This document shows positions 46,783 to 58,593 of a stretch of DNA of 64,000 nt, in pieces (within the stretch, counting starts at the first letter, position 1; each line of letters opens with the position of its first letter). Below the pieces are notes generated by a model. It searched no databases and was not told where the DNA came from. It worked only from the letters and a program-made list of their open reading frames with translations. The translations under genes were made by a program, and so were the position numbers. The stretch spans positions 9,114,001-9,178,000 of the forward strand of contig CM068761.1 in NCBI GenBank assembly GCA_035084275.1, given 5' to 3'. This DNA is from Hydrolagus colliei. Lineage: Eukaryota.

Positions 46783-48991
46783 CTGGAAATAAAGATTCAG
46801 TTTTGAAAACATCTGCTGAGAACTTTATCATTTCTCTCTGATGGTTTAGCAATATAAAGTGCTCTCCTCCTCAATCCCAATTGATGCGAATCTCAAACTA
46901 ATCTCGCCATGTTAACCTCCAATAACTATATACCGGCCACTAACTTTACCATTTTGCTAAGATCGATATTTAAATACAAACTCTGGCGGCTGGTATTGTG
47001 ATAGATGTGATTCTGGTTCAGGTAAATCATTACTATGTTTAGCAGAAACACGTTGATGTTATTCAAACAACTGCTTGTTGTGTTAAAATGATAAGAAATA
47101 GATTAATTACGGCTGGAAAACACGCGAATAATACTGTCGGGATCAATGTGATGAGTGTTGTGGATGCGGGTGTATAATGATTACACTCTAAACGTTCAGT
47201 GCAAAGCAATTGACAATGCGTTACAGTGATTAGAGCTCCTGCGATAGAATCCTCTTAAAATAACAAGATATTTGTTGCAGAAACAGTGTGTTTAGAGTTG
47301 ACCAGTCACCAGTGAGTTGTGGTCAGACTTCAATTGCACTTTATACCATCATGTTCACAGTGTTTACAGCTCCCGCTGGATATTATTCTAATCTTTAGCA
47401 TTTCTATTCTAAACCAATTCTGAATTTGATAATCAATGTGAATTATTAGCGATGATTTGATCCTGTCGATAAAATAACCATTATTAATAAGAAATTATCC
47501 ACAACATTGCGTTTAAAGTTAGAGATGAAATAAAGTTGGTGTTTGGGCTGGCCATGGGCCAGTGTACCTCCCGCCCACATTCGCTGTTCACTGTTCTCAA
47601 CATTTACACATCAACTTACAGCTTTGCTGCAGTTGGCGATTTGTTTTGTTTTTTCCTTCAATAACAATTACCTGGTCAGTAAAGCCGTCGGTGAAAAAAA
47701 GATGATTCACTTTATGGCTGTTTGTGGGACATTGCTGAGCACAATGACACGATGGCCACAAATGCACAGTCACTCACTGTATAGTAATTACTGTGAAGTT
47801 CATTGAAATATCTCGACCACAGAGTGATAGTTATTATTGTTATTATTGCTATTATACATGCAGTATTATTAAGAACAATACAGTCAACGTTTCCATCCGA
47901 TCTCTTTAAAATAAGCCAAAGAACTGTCTGTTGCTAATGTTTGGATGATCCTGGCAGCAAAGTCTGGCCTCTCAGCTTTCTTTCTGTGTCAGATCTGCAG
48001 AGATGTGTGAGGCCACCTATTCAAAACCGTTAGCAGCAATAAATAATCCTTTAATATTCTGGTATCATGGACTAATTCGTGGGTCACGGGCTGAGATTTG
48101 CTTCGGGAATGTCGGGTTTGTAACAAGATTCGATGCGAATCGGAATACAGTCGGTTACAATACAACACCATCTACATTGATGTCGCGGTTGCCTGGCAGG
48201 AGGATTTCGCAAATGGCCAAAACAAGTGAAACTGAATTAAAACAGCAGAATATCGCATTCAATTGATAGAATGGGATTCATACGGTAAACTTCTCACCAC
48301 CAAGAATTCAAATATATACCTATCACGTTAGAAAGGTTATCAATGAGGTCAGAAGATTAATGCAAATGATTTTTCGAAAAATAATTGAGCTCAATGTAAA
48401 ATACAGCGCCAGATAAATGATGAATAAAAACCCAATCTGTACCAAATCAGGAATATACTTACCACCAATCCCCACTCTGGTCCCTTTACCGAAGACATAG
48501 CCCGATTCCCACACAGCACAGTAATAATCAGCGGCGTCATCCCCCTGAACACTGGAGATGATTAAATCGCCAGACCTGGAATCCCTGGAGCCCGAGAATC
48601 GATCGGAAACTCCCGACATCCTGGTGAAGTTGTTCACTCCATTAGTGTACAGGAGATACTGAGGAGCATTCCCCGGCCTTTGCTGGAACCAATACACATA
48701 TTTGCTGCTAATACTGCCCCCAGTCATGGTACAACCCAGGGTCAACTTCTCTCCCAGGGAGGTAGAGACCGACGGCGGCTGATGTAAGGCTGGCAGCGAG
48801 TTTACACCTGTAAAACAGTAAGTCAGGAGAACACATAACAATATATGATGATTCTCAAATAAAAGGCAAATCAAAGCTCTCAGCCCATGTACCCAACACA
48901 AGAACAAGGAACTGGAGCAATAATAATCCCTGAAGGACTCACAGTGGAGGCAAGTCATCAATGTGGCGAGAAATGGAATCCAAGGCGCCAT
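46460..48991 (-). CDS. IGL: Immunoglobulin lambda-type (type II) light chain, germline-joined VJ, cluster 1 (238 aa)
   Basis: Leader 48991-48943, VJ 48807-48463, C 46782-46460; GT-AG introns of 135 and 1680 bp; 717 nt open frame. V has Cys, WFQQ, YYC and FGKG; the C domain ends STCV*. Confidence 0.96.
48463..48807 (-). CDS. IGL: IgL cluster 1 pre-joined VJ exon
   Basis: YYCAVWESGYVFGKGTRVGIG is contiguous with no RSS; tttacag acceptor, GTAAGT donor. Confidence 0.96.
48943..48991 (-). CDS. IGL: IgL cluster 1 leader exon (MAPWIPFLATLMTCLH)
   Basis: ATG, hydrophobic signal peptide, GTGAGT donor, 49 bp. Confidence 0.93.
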
Positions 48992-49070
48992 GGTGAGGGT
49001 TGCGAGATCGGTCACAAATTCCAACCGTTTCCTGACAACAACTGACTCTGGGTATCAGCCCGTGGCTCAG

Positions 49071-49133
49071 TTTATGAACTGACCCAATTCTGAACGTCAC
49101 ACGGCGCTGATCAGTTATGCAAATCCCCCGGGG
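49071..49133 (-). promoter_or_regulatory. IgL cluster 1 promoter: octamer ATTTGCAT (49117-49124), CRE-like TGACGTTCA (49091-49099), TATA-like CATAAA (49071-49076)
   Basis: Perfect Ig octamer about 126 bp upstream of the ATG in light-chain orientation; same motifs in copy 2. Confidence 0.85.
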
Positions 49134-50511
49134 CCGCCTGGCCCGGCCCGTTCACCTCCACGCGAGAGCCGGGTGACCAGCGGCTCATTGACAACACTTC
49201 ACACTCACAGGAATAAAGCACAGGATCAGTGGATTCTCAACTCGAATCTGAGACGTTTATACTTTTGTTGTTCGGTTAGCGGATCATTTACCAGCGACAC
49301 ATCAATTCAAACAATGTGGAGGAAATGGTCATCCGGAAATATCACCAAATATTCACATTAAAAAACTGTGGCATTTTTATGAATAAATAACATATTTATA
49401 TAACGTGGTAGATTTGTTGAATTGCAGCTGGAAAGGGTGAAGAATTATAAACTAAATCATGTTTTATAGATAAGTACAAATATTCAAATATCCCAGTTTG
49501 GACTTGGATTCCATTGTAGGTATTTGCTAGTAATAAGTAATAAGAATAATATTTCTTGCATTTGCTGTAGAGAATTTCTTGTCTTCTAAACGCCTCAGGA
49601 ACTTCACAGGATGTACTGTTATTGGAGGGCAAGATGGGTTAGTCAAATGTGCTCAGCAATGTCCAACAACCAGGCATCGATTGAAGTGACCAATTTATCA
49701 TTTATTTTATTATTGTTTAAATGGACGTTGAAAGGTTTCTGTTAATAGTTTCCATGGAGGTAAAGCACGAGTTTCCACACATCAAGTTATGATGTCAACG
49801 AGTCAATTTTACGTTTGTATTGACTTTTTCTTGCTGATTTAACCTAACAATTTACGGGAGTCTCAAGAGGTCTGACTGCCCCACGGCTCCGTCCTACTAA
49901 CAACAACAACAACAACAAAATTACATTGATAAAGCGCCTTTCACGTCGGGAGGATGTGAAAGGCTAAACAGAATTTACGTTTGAGATTGTATCAGCATGG
50001 ATTCCCGCAGCGCAATGGTTACAGCGTTTGCAAAGAAGAGATATGGGTTATTTTGCCGGCAAGGCGAAACCTTGAGCAAGGTTCCTGTTTCCACACTGAC
50101 TGACAATAGTCCCTCGATTAACAGGCAATTGTAAAATTGGTCATTTCAATCCAGAACAGTTTGTGGAGCGCTGCTGTGCGCAGTTTGCTGCCTGTCTTGT
50201 CCACAAAACTACAGTTAATTCACCATCGACTACCCCAATAACACACTCATCACAGTATCCTTTCACACGACATAAAAGAAAAATCCATGTATTATTAGAA
50301 ATCAGGTAAAACAATAAAGAATTTACACATTTGATCACTAGTTAACACATATCTGCCGTTTATTGCAAGCTATGACCTCAATGAATCACTTCTGCGTTTG
50401 TAATGACTTGTTTTTGCTGATATAACATAACAAGTTACAGCAGTCTGTATAGGTCAGCGCCAAGGCTCCGACCCGCGAAACAGAATTAACGTTTGAGATT
50501 GTTTCACCATA

Positions 50512-50770
50512 GAGTCCTGTAGCTCAATGGTTAGAGCACTTGCAAGCAAGAGATATGGGTTGTTTTCCCGGCAGGGCGAAACCTTCAGAAAAGTTTCCTT
50601 TCTCTACACTGTCTGACAATAATCCCTCGAAAAAAACCAATGATACAATTTCAATTCAGGACAATTTGTGGATTCCTCTGTGCGCTGTTTGCTGTCCATC
50701 TCACCAACAAAAATACAGTTAATTCACCATTGCCTACTCCAATAACACACTCCTCACAGCATCCTATTAC
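50512..50770 (+). mobile_element. Degenerate DeuSINE upstream of the IgL promoter (duplicated at about 63624-63880)
   Basis: Head intact, body decayed; present in both duplicated units. Confidence 0.78.
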
Positions 50771-51294
50771 ACTATCAATAACACATGAAAAATCCATCTT
50801 TATTGGACGTCAGAGAAAAGAATATACAATTGACACGTTTGATCACTTCATCCTCTTTAAGCAGTTTGTTACTAAACATTAGATGACAATTTACAGCATT
50901 ATTCTATTATACATTCAAAGACAGCAGAGAACATGGTGTGGATGGGTTAGGTGAAGTGCTGATATTATAAGAGTACATACAGTATTACAGAAGTGGATTG
51001 TGGTGGAGGGAAGCAATTACTTTTCATTGAATAAGGAATAAGATTTCGAATGTAGTCTGATGATTTGCTTTCACAGAACCTTTAATGTAGCAGGAAAATA
51101 TGATATGTTTTAACCGTTCACTGCAGTTTTGGAATGTGTTGATGTGTTCCACTTATTCTGAAAAATCCCAGTTTAGCCCCTGATTCCACCATAGTTAGTT
51201 GGTAAAACTATTGAAATAAATTATATTGACGTCTAGTTATTCCTTATGCGCTGTGCTCGCTTTAGCAGAATAAGTGATTACAGTTTATAAACCA

Positions 51295-51590
51295 GAGTCC
51301 TGTAGCTGAGTGGTTAGAACTCGCCTTGCAAGCGAGGAATCTGGGTTCAATTCCCGGACGGGTTAAAACTTGGGCAAGTTTCCTTACTCCACATGCCTAA
51401 TAAGAATGCCTTAAAAAAATTAGTAATTTTATCTACAACTGTATGTGGGACACTGCTGTGCATAATTGGCTGCCGCATTTCACCCACATATATACATATA
51501 CAGTCAATTCATTTTACAGTATATTCTGTTTGTGTAGCGATTTGAAATGTCTAAATGACGCATAAAGCGCAAATAAATCAACAAATCAAT
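51295..51590 (+). mobile_element. tRNA-headed DeuSINE
   Basis: Head with GGTTCAATTCC B-box, Deu core. Confidence 0.85.
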
Positions 51591-53734
51591 AATCCTTCCA
51601 TTAGATATAGCGCATTCCACATTTTATCGGTGTCTCAAATGAAAGGATTATTATTATTTGGATTTTTTGGCCGAAAATCGTATCAAATGTAAAAACCTAT
51701 TGAGAGATTTGAACAAAGCATTGCATCCTGAAGCTCTGCAAATACAGGTGTTTGTACCTAATTTCAAGCCCTTAAAAATTATATATTGTGTGATGTTCAA
51801 TGCAGGCCCTGAGCTCACAATCTTGGTGTCTGGTATTTCATTTCTACCTTACACCACATCAATGTTTAACTCATGTGTCGTCAATATTTCCAACATCTAA
51901 GATTTCAAAACCTGAATATCCAACTCAATAGGCTGCAGATCATCGAGAACTTTGCTTTCATGTCTCCTTCTGCTCCTACAGGAGGCTTCATGAAATTATC
52001 AACCCCACCACTTACAAATCAATGCCACATTCTCTTCACCAAGCTGACTGCCTTGCCTCCTTCAAGGTAGTTATCAGGACCTTCGACCACCTGTTTGACC
52101 TCCCTGCTACCCTCCCTGCCCTCCCAATACACGGATTCAATCCCCTCAACATGACTCCAAATCACTGACAAGACAGCGCCTTGGGATAATATCTAGATAT
52201 GAAAGGCAAAACACAAATGTAATTTCATAATTTTTATCTAATTGTGTCTAGCCGTATGGTTATTTCTGGATCATGACTAATCCCAAGTCAAGGAGCACAC
52301 AAGCCCATGTGGGCATCGACACCACACTACACTACACTGCGTGAAGGATACTACATAAATGCAAGTTGTTGTTGACGTCGTTGTTTTAATACTTGTTTTA
52401 GAATGCCAACTGGGTGACATTCAGCAAATCTATGTGGTTCTCTAGCTTTTTGCTTCCTATCAATCATCATGTATGGATTGCGTTAGCATCATACTTTTCC
52501 TCATATACTTTTTTTAATCTGCATATATATATACATCCGATGACAAAGTTAAAAATTGAATCAAGCACAAATGAAGGATGATCTTCAAACCAATCACAGA
52601 TCATTTCCTAGTGCTGAATTGTACCATTATTGAATTATCTTCCAATCATACTGGTTAGATCATTCTTTCTAAATCCATAATAATGATACATTTTGGATTA
52701 CATTCTTTTAGCTCCTTATTTGGGAGGTTGGCTCGATGGTCGTTGTGAAAATCAGCCCATTAGCTTATTGCAACATGGCAGAAAGAGCCAAAAACAGAAT
52801 TATAAATTTTAATTTGGTGGAAGGATGTCTAATATACTACAAATTCTTATTCTCATCCAAAGTAGAGCACGTCTGAAAATGCAATGAACCTCCCCCCACC
52901 CTGTACACAACGCTGCATTGGAGTATCAACATTGACAATATATGTTCCAACTGTAGACGTGGTGCTGGAACTCCCAATCCTCTGAATCTTGGGGAGAATG
53001 CCTGCAACTGTGCCAGACAGTCACACTGGCACATTCAGTCATCTGGCATGCCTTTAGTCAGAAAGTGAATAAATGACGTTGAACCAATCACACATCATTC
53101 CCTGGTCCTAAATTCTATCCATAGTAGTTTACCTGCCAATTGCACCCTATAGGACCCTTCTTTATCTGTCCAAAATTATAATACATTGATCGTTACTTTA
53201 ATGTTCACGTTACATTTGTAGGATGGCAAATGGATCAATGAATATTCTGCATATTTGCAGCAGCCCATTCAGACGCAACAGTTTTCCAAAACAGCCATGA
53301 AGTGAATCAAAATATCAACAATAAATTACAGTTGTATAGCACTGAATGACGAATTCTAATTTGGGGGCATCTTGTCCAGGATGTGGCAAATGCTCCTTTT
53401 ACCTTTTCAAATGTGTCATATTTTAGATCCAGATAAACTACCAGACTGAGATCTCATTGTAGCAATGGCACCTCCAACAAAACAGCAAATCTGCAGCACA
53501 GCATCAGTGTCAACATTTACAATATATGTATATGTTCCAATTCCATGTTTGGTGCTTGAAACCCCAACCCTCTGATTCAGAGGGTAATTCCAATTGAGCC
53601 AGGCTTACAAACTGACACAGGTGTCAATGTTCCTTCTTGCCTTCCACCTGGAGCGTTCCAAATGCATGACTAAGCTACTAAATTAAGTCTCGTGGCACAA
53701 GGGTAGAGCACTCACCTTGCAAGCGAATAATGTA

Positions 53735-55680
53735 GGATGAGTCGACCTTGACATTGTGGAGGGCTTTAAATGTGAGGACCAGGATGTTGAATGGGATCCT
53801 CTGGATGATGGGGAGCCAATAGAGTCAGGCGAGGATGGGGTAGATGGGGTCACAGAGTTTGGAACGGTAGAGAACATGAGCCGCAGAGTTCTGGATTATC
53901 TGCAGCCTGCGGAGGGAGGGGTTGGGAAGGCCAATCAGCAGGGCATTTGTATAATCTATCTGGGGTGTAGTGAAGCCATAGATGAGGGTTTCAGTGTCTT
54001 TGGGGGTGAGGTAGTGGCAGAGTAGGGCAATGTTGCAGATGGGGAACGGCAGAGTGAATCATTGATTGGATGTGGAGGAGGAAAAACAGTGGAGTGTTCA
54101 ACAAGACACCTAGGATCCTGACTGGCTTTGTGAGTTTGAGAGTGCCACCATGGAGGTTGATGCTGTCAGCGCCTGGTGCAAGAAGTCACTGGCATGAGCC
54201 AGTCAGTAGCGCCTCTGTCTTGTTGACATTCAACTGTAGAAATTTAGCTCTCTTCCAGGACTTGATGTCTGACCACTGTCAGGAGAGTGGTAGTCCAAGA
54301 GTCGAAGGCAGAGGCAGAGTGACAGAGTTGGGTGTCATCTGCATACATGTGGAAGTTAAACCAATATCTGCAGATGATGTCAGGTTGTAGATGTTGTAGC
54401 TGTTGATTTTGAAAAGTAAGGGACAAGGACAGAGCCTTGGTGGAAGCCACGGGGTGACAGTGTGGGTGCAGGAGGAGAAACCATTGGTGGTGACAATGTG
54501 GTGACATGAGAGAGGTACAACAACAACAACTTCGATTTATATAGTGCCCTCCATGCCAGACGGCGTATCAGAGCACTCCACAATAGCGGATCCTGTTACC
54601 GAACCAGGGGGAGAGGTAGAAAGGTGACCAAAGTTGCGGTCAAATAGAGAGGTCTTCAGCTGGGACCTGAACTGAGAAAAGAGGGAGCGAGGTGAAGGTA
54701 ATGAGGAAGGGAATTCCAGAGCCTCGGGCCTTAGTGGCTGAATGAGCAGCCATCGACGGTGGAGCAGAGGATTCGGGGAGCTTTGAGTAGGCCAGACCCA
54801 CTGGAGCAAAGGCATGGGGTGCTGGTTGAGGGAAGTAGGGGTGTGCAGTGGAGTGGAGGGATTTGAAGACAAGCTTGAGGATCTTGAAGTCGATCCTTCT
54901 GGCATAGGGAGGCAGTAAAGTCTGGAAAGTATTGGGGTAATGGGGGAGCGAAGTTTGGTGTGGGTGAGAATGTGGGCAGCAGAGTTCTGAATAAGTTGGA
55001 CTCTATGGATTGTGAAGCAGGGGAGAATGGCGAGGAGTGCATTGGAAAAGAGGTGTCAAAGGCGTGGACCAGGATTTCAGTGGCTTTTGGGGTGAGGTAT
55101 TGTTGGAGATGGGTGATCTATTGGAGGTGGAAGAAGGCAGTGCTGGTGACGGACTGGATGTGAGGGAAGAAAGACAGTTGGAGGTCGAACCTGATGCCTA
55201 GGTTGTGCACAGGTTTGCAGAGTTTTACGAGCAGACTGTGAAGATGAGGAGGTGAGAGCAGTGAAAAATGGAGACATTGGCGAGAGCCAAAGAGTATGAT
55301 TGGGTGTCGAACCAGGCAAGGGCACGTGTGTGTTGATTGACAAGCCAGGAGATACAGTGTAGGAGGACATTGTTAAAGGCAGCAAAGAGGTCAAGGAGTA
55401 CAGGAGGGAAATGAGCGAAGCTGGGAAGCAATGACTCATTGGAGTGGAAGGGTGGTTGGAGATGTGGCAATAGCTAGAGAGTAGTAATGCGTTGAGAGTA
55501 GGTTTGATCAGATGGGGGTGATGACAGCAGTTTTTAGAGGAATGTGGATGCTGCTGGTGGATAGGCAGAGGTTGATGATGTCAGTTAAGAGGGGAAAATA
55601 GGCGACAGAGCTGGAAGATGAGAAGAGGGGTGGGGATGGGATCAAGGGAACAGGTTGGTTGGTTTTATTTTGTGGAGGAG
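53735..55680 (-). mobile_element. Two adjacent L2 3' fragments (two tail types)
   Basis: YADD at about 54340; second (GTT)n tail at 54518. Confidence 0.8.
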
Positions 55681-58501
55681 CAGAAAAGGCTGGTGGAGAG
55701 ATATCCAGTGGGGGTGGGAGGGAAATGGATACTAGGGGAGAGTTAGAAGATGTGGGCTGAACGAATCCCCTCCATTTTCACCAACAAATATACAGTCAAC
55801 TCATTATAAAGTATATTTTGTTAAGCTCTTTTGGAAGTCTAGAAGACGTAAAATGCACTATACCACATTCAAAGATTTTTATTATTATCAATTCCTTGCT
55901 CCACTACTCCAAACCTAGCTCCTCCACGACCATCATCTCTGATCACTTAAATCCCAAATAGAGAATTTCAAGTGTCTCATAGTTCTCTGCCACACGTTTT
56001 TCAAGCATTCTCCAACTGACTCCCTTCAGACCCATTTCTCATTGTCTTCCCTATAGCTCTTTTGCCAATTAATATAACTCTGTTTTTGTCTGGCTACTGA
56101 CCCTCCCCCCCCCCCCCCCCCCCACTTCCCCCTCCACCCCCTCCCCACGAAAGTGATGAGGATAAGGAGTGATTGGTAGTGTCAGACGGTAGAGGGGCAA
56201 AGAGGTAGTGTTTGGAGATAACAAGGGTGTGGGGATGGTTTCAAAGGAGTGGGTTGTGTGTTTCATGGTCGATATGGTGGTGTTTGGGGAAATGTGGGAA
56301 ATGTGGAAGCGGCGAAGGTAGGGGTTGAGTGTGTGCAGAAGGTGGGGAAGAAGCTGTGTTTGGGGTTGGGGGTGGTGGTGGGTCAGAGGCTGCTCAATGG
56401 ATTTGGAAGAGACAAGAGAGGAACGGTACATTCTAATCTCATCTGGCCACATAGGCAGGTGGACCATTAAGTCAAATTTGAGCATATTGCATTCGATGTC
56501 CTCCACCTTACCCCAGAGGAGTGAGTGCGGTAACAGAGTGAGAATTGTGATTTGGATGTGGTTGCTGAGGTGAGGGGGCAAGGGCATTGACAGTAGTTCA
56601 GGGAGTGTTATGGAGGAAAAGGATTGAGCAGGATCAGTCAGTGTGTGACCACATTTCTCTGGTTTGAGTCCAAATTAGCGAACCACCATCACTTCATCTC
56701 CATAAATCATTTTACTTCCTACCCAGGCAGTCACCTGTGGTTTACCCCAAGGCTTAATCCTGAGTCTCCTTTTTTCCTTAGATTATTTACTCGCTACCTC
56801 TCCCTAATGCAGGAATGTTTTATTTATTTATCCCAATGCTTGACAATCAAATCCACGTCTATCCATCTATACTCCTCTTCATCCTTCTCCTTGTAACACT
56901 GGGACAAATCATGTTTTATTTAGCTGCTTGTCAAATATCAACTCCTGGTTCAACGCCAATTTCCAGCAGCTGCATTTCGACAAGATGGAAACCATACATT
57001 TTGGCTTCTATTAGTATTTTTTCTACTGTGGATCTGACCTGTTCAGCCACCCACAGCACATTCACCCCAACAACACCACCTCCACGACGACCACCACCTA
57101 CCTATTTCTACCATGTACCAAACCTGTGGAGAACTCAGGTGTCAAGTTCAATTTGGGTCATAGGATGGATCTCCTCACAAACCAGCACGACTTTCTTCCA
57201 CCTGTGTCATATTGCCCAGCTACACAACACACTGAATGCAGTTGGAAACTTCCCAATGCCTCTGTCACCTCCTCTCTCGACTACTCAATAGTCTCCCCTT
57301 CTCCACTGTACACAAAATCAAAGGTTCGGTTGTGGAGGGGGAGGGGAGAGGGGTGTGTAGCGTAAGAATCAGCGGCCCTCCAGCAGGTAATAGAGCTGTA
57401 TGCGGGTGTGTTGTCGAGTGGAAAGACCTACTTTTGCAGAACTTTGAATGTGTTTTCAGTAGGCAGTGTTGGAAACAGTTTGAAGTAAACGTGGTAATGA
57501 AAAGAGAGAAAGAGTTTAGCAGAGAGTGTGGAGAAGAAGTTGGATCATCAGCAGTATGGTGATGAGAAAGCTCAAGAGAGAAAGTAATGGGATTAAGGTC
57601 AATTACAATGTTGGAAATCGAGAAGGAATTAAGCAATAAATGTGTGTATAATACAAACACTAGGGGAGGCACAGGAGAAAGATGGAGGGAAGGCAAGAAC
57701 AGGCAAATGCTGCCTAGCGGATTTTGCTCATGACAAATAAATGAAAATAATAAGTGCTTCGAAATGCCATTGGGTGTGAAGGGCACTATAATCAATGCAA
57801 TATGTTGGGACGTCCTGAAGTCGTGAAAGGCTCTATACACATTTAATTTTGTTGTTAGTTGCACCTGCCCCTGGCTGGGTCCCAGGATCCATTGTTGTGA
57901 AGCGCTCTGAAACGCTGTCCCGTGTGGAGTGTGCTATAAAAATCAAAGATGTTGTTTTTGTAGTTGTTGATTTTATTATTTGTCAGGAGAGGTTACGAAT
58001 GCAGTGACAGTGGAGATCAGAAGAAATTGTTCAGCTCCCTCCTCAACCTAACATATTGCACAATTTATCTCTTACCCTCTCACAGATTATTTCAATCACA
58101 TTATTTTGTTTTTGCCATTATTATTTTCGACTTTCTTTGTCTTTTTTTCATTGGAGCTTATGGAGGTAACTCCCAAACATGTTTCTGATCTGTTGTCAGT
58201 TACATTTCCTTCGTGAGACAGTATAATGGGTATCCTCAGGTTATTTTGTAATCGACTAATTGAACGAACTGATGCATGTTATCTGGTCAATTTAGCAAAG
58301 ATAAATCATATTTTATTCTGATTTAGTTTTCTGGTACCATTCCTGAGTATTGTCCTGGGATGCAGTTCATAGATTGTAATGGATGTCAAGACCACCAAAG
58401 GCCTTTCCTGGTGGGACAATTATAAACATCATCTCACTGGAAGCGTTTGCCCAGCGACGCTCCCTGTCACTGTTACCAGTGGGACATGTGCCTAGAAAAT
58501 A

Positions 58502-58593
58502 AACCCGCCCAATGAGGCGAGAACCCGCCCAACGAGGCGAGAACCCGCCCAACGAGGCGAGAACCCGCCCAATGAGGCGAGAACCCGCCCAAT
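58502..58593. repeat. 20-bp tandem repeat AACCCGCCCAA(T/C)GAGGCGAG, 4 units plus a partial
   Basis: Direct reading. Confidence 0.95.

Noticed and set aside
48940-48946. CACAGTG heptamer at the leader donor, and CACAGTA/CACAGCA at 48512-48523
   Set aside because: No nonamer at 12 or 23 bp spacing; not functional RSSs.
48323-49024. 233-aa single-exon ORF as the real Ig protein (also 61433-62134)
   Set aside because: It starts at TTG and reads through two introns with consensus splice sites. The spliced L-VJ-C model is the main product; read-through is kept only as a hypothesis.
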